From the NCBI GenBank assembly GCA_016193175.1, contig JACPSR010000142.1, positions 54,332 through 118,331 on the forward strand: a stretch of DNA of 64,000 nucleotides, read 5' to 3'. Below, piece after piece: positions 60,018 to 64,000 of this stretch; positions within the stretch are counted from its first letter, which is position 1, and each line of letters begins with the position of its first letter. The notes under the pieces were generated by a model, which saw nothing but the letters and a program-made list of their open reading frames with translations, made no database searches and was not told the origin of the DNA. Position numbers and translations under genes: made by a program. The DNA is from Candidatus Omnitrophota bacterium (GTDB lineage: Bacteria > Omnitrophota > Gorgyraeia > Aquiviventales > Aquiviventaceae).

Positions 60018-61213
60018 TCAACACAGCTTCGAATCCGCGCGTGACGGTGCTGTTGCCGGTGTACAACGGGATGCCGTATCTCGCTGAGGCGATTGAGAGC
60101 GTCTTGGCCCAGACGTTCACCGACCTTGAGCTGCTGATCGTCGATGATGCCAGCACCGATGAGTCCATAGCCTGTATCCAGCGTTTCCGGGACCAGCGGA
60201 TTCGACTGGTGCGCAACGAGCGCAACATGGGGCAGGTGGGGTCATTAAATCGGGGATTGGCATTGGCCCGCGCGCCGTACATCGCCCGCCTCGACCAGGA
60301 TGATCGGTGTCTGCCCGACCGATTGCGGCAACAGGTCGCGGTGTTGGACCGATACCCCAACGTGGGGCTGGTGGGGTCGTGGTTGTGGTTGCATCGCGGG
60401 GGACTGCATGGGCGGCGGACGGTCGTTGTGGGCATGACGCAGGTTCAGGATTACGGCTCATTCCTCGGTGCAGTCCTCACCTACGCCTCTCCGATTGATC
60501 ACCCGACGGTGATGTTCCGCCGGGATGCCGCGCTGTCTGCAGGCGGCTATGACGACTCCTTCAAGTTCTGCGAAGACTATGCGCTCTGGTGCGCGATGGC
60601 GACAAGGCGCTGGAGTGCGGTGGTGCTCCGAGCCCCCCTGATCATGAGACGCGTCCATGAGACGCAGCAGAGCCGAACGTACGCAGGGGTACAGCGGCAG
60701 AATGCGCGGCGCGCTCATCACGCGTTGGTGGCGTCGCTGGGCGCGGATGGAGCGGCCCAGCGACTGAGTCAGGTCCTCCAGATGGAGGAGGCGTTTTGGG
60801 AGGCGTGTCCGTCTCAGGCGACAGTCCAGCAGGCCCTGGATGTGCTGGAGGCGTTCCTGCAGCGGCTGGAACGGGCCCTGGCGCTGACACCGTTTGAGGC
60901 TGCCCATCTGCGTCACCGGGTGCACTGGTGGATGAGCCATGGGGCTCTGATGGGGATTCTTCAGCGGCGGTACCGAAGCCTGCCGGTGTACCGGTTTGCG
61001 TTGCGCGGCGGCTGGCGGATGGCGCGGTGCCCGGCGATGTGGGTGTATCCCGTGTGTCTGGCGCTGTCACCCCTATTCGTCCCCTCGGTGCGTGGGGTGC
61101 TTGTGAAGATCCTCCTCCGGATCGGCCGGCAGAAGTACGTGGTGCGATCGTTGTCCCATCGCCTCGGGGAGTGGATCGGCCGGTTTTCGTCCCACTTATG
61201 CCGTGCGGTGTGA
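60014..61213 (+). CDS. Family 2 glycosyltransferase
   Basis: VTVLLPVYNGMPYLAEAIESVLAQTFTDLELLIVDDASTDES and RLDQDD (DxD-like) motif. Confidence 0.8.
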   Translation: MINTASNPRVTVLLPVYNGMPYLAEAIESVLAQTFTDLELLIVDDASTDESIACIQRFRDQRIRLVRNERNMGQVGSLNRGLALARAPYIARLDQDDRCLPDRLRQQVAVLDRYPNVGLVGSWLWLHRGGLHGRRTVVVGMTQVQDYGSFLGAVLTYASPIDHPTVMFRRDAALSAGGYDDSFKFCEDYALWCAMATRRWSAVVLRAPLIMRRVHETQQSRTYAGVQRQNARRAHHALVASLGADGAAQRLSQVLQMEEAFWEACPSQATVQQALDVLEAFLQRLERALALTPFEAAHLRHRVHWWMSHGALMGILQRRYRSLPVYRFALRGGWRMARCPAMWVYPVCLALSPLFVPSVRGVLVKILLRIGRQKYVVRSLSHRLGEWIGRFSSHLCRAV

Positions 61214-61222
61214 GGTCGGCCC

Positions 61223-62530
61223 ATGGAGCTCCTCTATATTTCCTATGACGGGATGTTGGAGCCGCTCGGCCAGTCGCAGGTCCTCAGTTATTTGCGCCAG
61301 ATCGCCAAGCACCGCACGGTTGCGCTCTTGTCGTACGAGAAACGGCGAGATCTGAAGGACCGTGGGCGGCTCGTGCCGCTGGCGCAGGAGCTTCAGGCTG
61401 CGGCGATCCACTGGCGACGGCTGCGCTACCACAAATGGCCTTCGCTGTTGGCGACAGGCTACGATGCCTTGCGCGGGATCGTTGCAGGGATCGTCCTCTG
61501 CCGACGGCATCGCATCCGTGTGGTGCACGCCAGGGGCTATGTGGCCTCCGTCATTGCGGTACGCCTCAAGCGGTGCTGCGGGACGCGGTTCATCTTCGAT
61601 ATGCGCGGGTTCTGGGCTGATGAGAAGGTGGACGCGGGACATTGGAGTTCCCATTCGCTTGCCTACCGACTGGCCAAGCGATGGGAGCGTCGGTTCTTTG
61701 AGGAGGCCGATGCGATCGTCTCGTTGACGGCGGAGGGCATCGCGGCATTTCCGACGCTTGGGTATCGAATCCCATCGGATCGGCCCACCGTCGTCGTGCC
61801 GACCTGCGTGGACCTCGATCGGTTTGTCCCTGGCCAGAAGGACCCGGAGCTGCTCACGCGGTTTGGATTGCACGACGCGACCGTCATAGGGTGTGTCGGC
61901 AACACCGGCAACTGGTATCTCCGGGACTGGATGTTGCGCTACCTGGCGTTTGTGTGTGGTCACCTCCCCAACGTCAAGGTCTTGTTAGTCACGAGGGATG
62001 ATCACGCGCGTCTGAAGAAAGACGCCGTGGCGGCCGGCGTGCCGCCTGACCGACTCGTGCTGACTCAAGCCTCGTTTGAAGAGATGCCGGCCTACCTGCG
62101 CCTGCTGGATCTTGCGGTATTCTTCAGGAAGCTGCAGTTTTCCAAACAGGGCTCCTTGGCGGCTAAGCTCGGAGAGCTGCTCGCGAGCGGCGTGCCAATG
62201 GTGATCAACGAAGGGATCGGGGATGCTGGCGCGCTGATCCGCCAGGAGCGGGTTGGTGTGGTGTTGTCAGACGTCAGCGATGCGGCGTTCGAGACGACGT
62301 TTGATGACGTGGCTCGACTGCTTCAGGACCCCCTGTGTCGAAGGCGATGTCGGCAGGTGGCTGAGCGCCACTTCGATCTCCGTATGGGGGTGGGGAGGTA
62401 TCTTGAGTTATACCGTCGCCTCAATGGGTCGGACGAACCGAGGGGAGGGGAGGATGAAGGTATTGGTGACCGGGGCGGAAGGGATGTTGAGCAGTGCCCT
62501 GTGCCCGGAGCTGCGGCAGCGGGGCCATGA
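61223..62530 (+). CDS. Family 4 (GT-B) glycosyltransferase
   Basis: MELLYISYDGMLEPLGQSQV N-terminus and C-terminal GT1/GT4-type region (SLAAKLGELLASGVPMVINEGIGD). The 3' end overlaps the next gene by 77 nt. Confidence 0.7.
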   Translation: MELLYISYDGMLEPLGQSQVLSYLRQIAKHRTVALLSYEKRRDLKDRGRLVPLAQELQAAAIHWRRLRYHKWPSLLATGYDALRGIVAGIVLCRRHRIRVVHARGYVASVIAVRLKRCCGTRFIFDMRGFWADEKVDAGHWSSHSLAYRLAKRWERRFFEEADAIVSLTAEGIAAFPTLGYRIPSDRPTVVVPTCVDLDRFVPGQKDPELLTRFGLHDATVIGCVGNTGNWYLRDWMLRYLAFVCGHLPNVKVLLVTRDDHARLKKDAVAAGVPPDRLVLTQASFEEMPAYLRLLDLAVFFRKLQFSKQGSLAAKLGELLASGVPMVINEGIGDAGALIRQERVGVVLSDVSDAAFETTFDDVARLLQDPLCRRRCRQVAERHFDLRMGVGRYLELYRRLNGSDEPRGGEDEGIGDRGGRDVEQCPVPGAAAAGP

Positions 62531-63350
62531 GGTGATCCCGACGGATCTGGAGCCGAGAAGCCCTGGCACCGTTCAGCTTGACGTGCGGGATGAGGGCGCC
62601 GTTCATGCGGTGCTCACGGCGGAGCGACCCCAGTTCCTCCTGCACCTTGCGGCAGAAACGGACGTGGATCGATGCGAGAAGGAACCCGCGCACGCGTACC
62701 TGACCAATGCCGTAGGGACCGAATACCTGGCAAGCGCCTGCGGGCGATCCCGCATCCGGATGCTCTATGTGAGTACCGCGGGGGTCTTCAACGGCCTGAA
62801 GCCCACGCCCTATGTGGAGTCTGATCAACCCGATCCGGTGAACGTCTATGGCCGGGCGAAACTGAGCGGGGAAATCGCCGTGCGGCACCACGTGTCCGCC
62901 CATCTGATCGTGCGGGCCGGATGGATGGTGGGCGGGCATGACCGGGACAAAAAATTCGCCGGAAAGATTCTGCAGTTGCTGCAGACTCGGAACACGCTGT
63001 CGGTCGTGACCGATAAGATCGGCAGCCCCACCTTCACCGAGGACCTCGCTCGGGGGATTGCCACGCTGATCGAAACCGAGCACGTCGGCATGTTTCACAT
63101 GACGAACCAAGGCGTGTGTTCCCGCTACGAGTTTGCGTGCAAGCTCGTGGAGTTCCTCGGTCGATCGGACATCACCATCAGGCCGGTGACCTCGGAGGCC
63201 TTCCCGTTGCCAGCGCCCAGAGCGCCCTCGGAGGCCATGGCGAACCAACGGCTGCAATCCTTGGGGTTGGATCACATGCCGCCGTGGCAGGACGCCTTGA
63301 GGATCTATGTGCAGCGGTACCTGACGCACAGCACGTTGCAGCAGGTGTGA
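62454..63350 (+). CDS. RmlD-like NAD(P)-dependent 4-keto-sugar reductase (SDR)
   Basis: MKVLVTGAEGMLSSAL and YGRAKLSGE catalytic motif. The purine-rich GAGGGGAGGGGAGG precedes the ATG. Confidence 0.8.
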   Translation: MKVLVTGAEGMLSSALCPELRQRGHEVIPTDLEPRSPGTVQLDVRDEGAVHAVLTAERPQFLLHLAAETDVDRCEKEPAHAYLTNAVGTEYLASACGRSRIRMLYVSTAGVFNGLKPTPYVESDQPDPVNVYGRAKLSGEIAVRHHVSAHLIVRAGWMVGGHDRDKKFAGKILQLLQTRNTLSVVTDKIGSPTFTEDLARGIATLIETEHVGMFHMTNQGVCSRYEFACKLVEFLGRSDITIRPVTSEAFPLPAPRAPSEAMANQRLQSLGLDHMPPWQDALRIYVQRYLTHSTLQQV

Positions 63351-63365
63351 CACGAAGTCAGCATC

Positions 63366-64000
63366 ATGCGCGTTCTCTTTCTAACCCCGCATCCCGCGGA
63401 AGGAGCGAGTAGCCGGTATCGTGTGTTGCAGTACCTGCCGCATTTGCGGCTGCAGGGCATCCACTGCATGGTGAGCCCCTTTCTGACGCCACGGTTCTAC
63501 CGGATTGCGTACCAACGGGGGCGGTGGGGAGCCAAGCTCGGCCACTTCCTCATCAGCAGCCTCAAGCGGCTTCGAGACGTCATCCGCAGCGGCCGATACG
63601 ATGCGGTGTTCATCCACCTCGAAGCCTTCCCGATCGGCCCCCCGATTATCGAGTGGCTCTTGGCGGTCCGCGATGTGCCGATGGTCTTTGACCTTGACGA
63701 TGCCATCTTTCTGTCTCGGAGCAGCCCGTCGAACCCCATCGCCGCGTGGCTTCGCATGCCGCAAAAATTGCCGTCGATCCTGCGGTGGAGTCGGTGCGTG
63801 ATTACCTGCAACGACTACCTGCGCCAGTACGCCGAACGGTTCAACCCTCAGGTCTACATGATTCCCACGTGTGTGGACGTCGAGCAGTTTTGCGTGCCTC
63901 CCCCCCGGCCTCTTCGGCGGCGCCCCCTGATCGGATGGATTGGCAGCCACAGCACGGCCCCCTTTCTCGAGGCCCTGAAACCCGTCTTGAGTCGTCTGGC
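63366..64000 (+). CDS. Family 4 (GT-B) glycosyltransferase, 3'-truncated by the window end
   Basis: My own translation from ATG 63366 is stop-free to 64000: MRVLFLTPHPAEGASSRYRVLQYLPHL...LIGWIGSHSTAPFLEAL. This ORF is not in the supplied track because it is open-ended. Confidence 0.7.
   Translation, partial: MRVLFLTPHPAEGASSRYRVLQYLPHLRLQGIHCMVSPFLTPRFYRIAYQRGRWGAKLGHFLISSLKRLRDVIRSGRYDAVFIHLEAFPIGPPIIEWLLAVRDVPMVFDLDDAIFLSRSSPSNPIAAWLRMPQKLPSILRWSRCVITCNDYLRQYAERFNPQVYMIPTCVDVEQFCVPPPRPLRRRPLIGWIGSHSTAPFLEALKPVLSRL

Noticed and set aside
62802-62811. CCCACGCCCT 10-mer inside the RmlD-like gene
   Set aside because: It is an isolated match with no partner arm or hairpins, and it is in frame within conserved coding sequence (LKPTPYVES). 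It is probably chance in GC-rich DNA.
1-64000. tRNA, rRNA, tmRNA, riboswitch, integrase/transposase or prophage signatures
   Set aside because: I saw no cloverleaf-sized conserved segments outside the junction elements and no rRNA-like low-GC conserved tracts. Non-coding space is almost nil apart from the elements, and no recombinase-like ORF was found. This was an unaided reading, so small RNAs cannot be excluded.

Overview
High-GC (roughly 60%) bacterial chromosomal segment filled end to end by one unidirectional (+ strand) surface-glycan biosynthesis supercluster of about 55 genes. By my reading, at least 19 junctions are ATGA stop/start overlaps and 4 more are TGATG/TAATG. Domain calls come from motif recognition in the ORF translations; no searches were run.

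Recognisable modules:
- ThDP-dependent E1 alpha/beta pair.
- Two polyprenyl-phosphate-sugar GT2 modules, one with a YfhO-type GT-C and one with a YdjC deacetylase, carbamoyltransferase, SxtJ and a DUF5989-like protein.
- A modified GDP-heptose pathway (hddA, gmhB, gmhA, CBS-nucleotidyltransferase, RmlC-like epimerase, several SDR epimerase/dehydratases) with its own split transketolase and a transaldolase-family enzyme.
- A legionaminic/sialic-acid-like nonulosonic acid pathway (Gfo/Idh/MocA, neuA, SDR, neuB, neuC-neuD fusion, DegT aminotransferase, dehydratase) plus an acetamidino module (hisH/hisF paralogs and a WbuX-type amidotransferase).
- Two B12-binding radical SAM enzymes and several methyltransferases.
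- An HpcH-aldolase / 2x SDR / KdsB-like cytidylyltransferase / 2-hydroxyacid dehydrogenase block.
- GT2 and GT4 glycosyltransferases.

I found no rRNA, tRNA, CRISPR, transposase or integrase.

Two things are not explained by ordinary annotation:
1. A family of 114-162 bp palindromic, multi-hairpin elements (6 full copies plus 1 solo arm), all in one orientation. Each sits between an upstream gene end and the next start codon: the right arm always carries the downstream ATG, and in three copies the left arm contains the upstream TGA. Hairpin stems show compensatory changes between copies.
2. Interleaved gene remnants at 18.1-23.6 kb that record cassette shuffling or an old tandem duplication inside the cluster.
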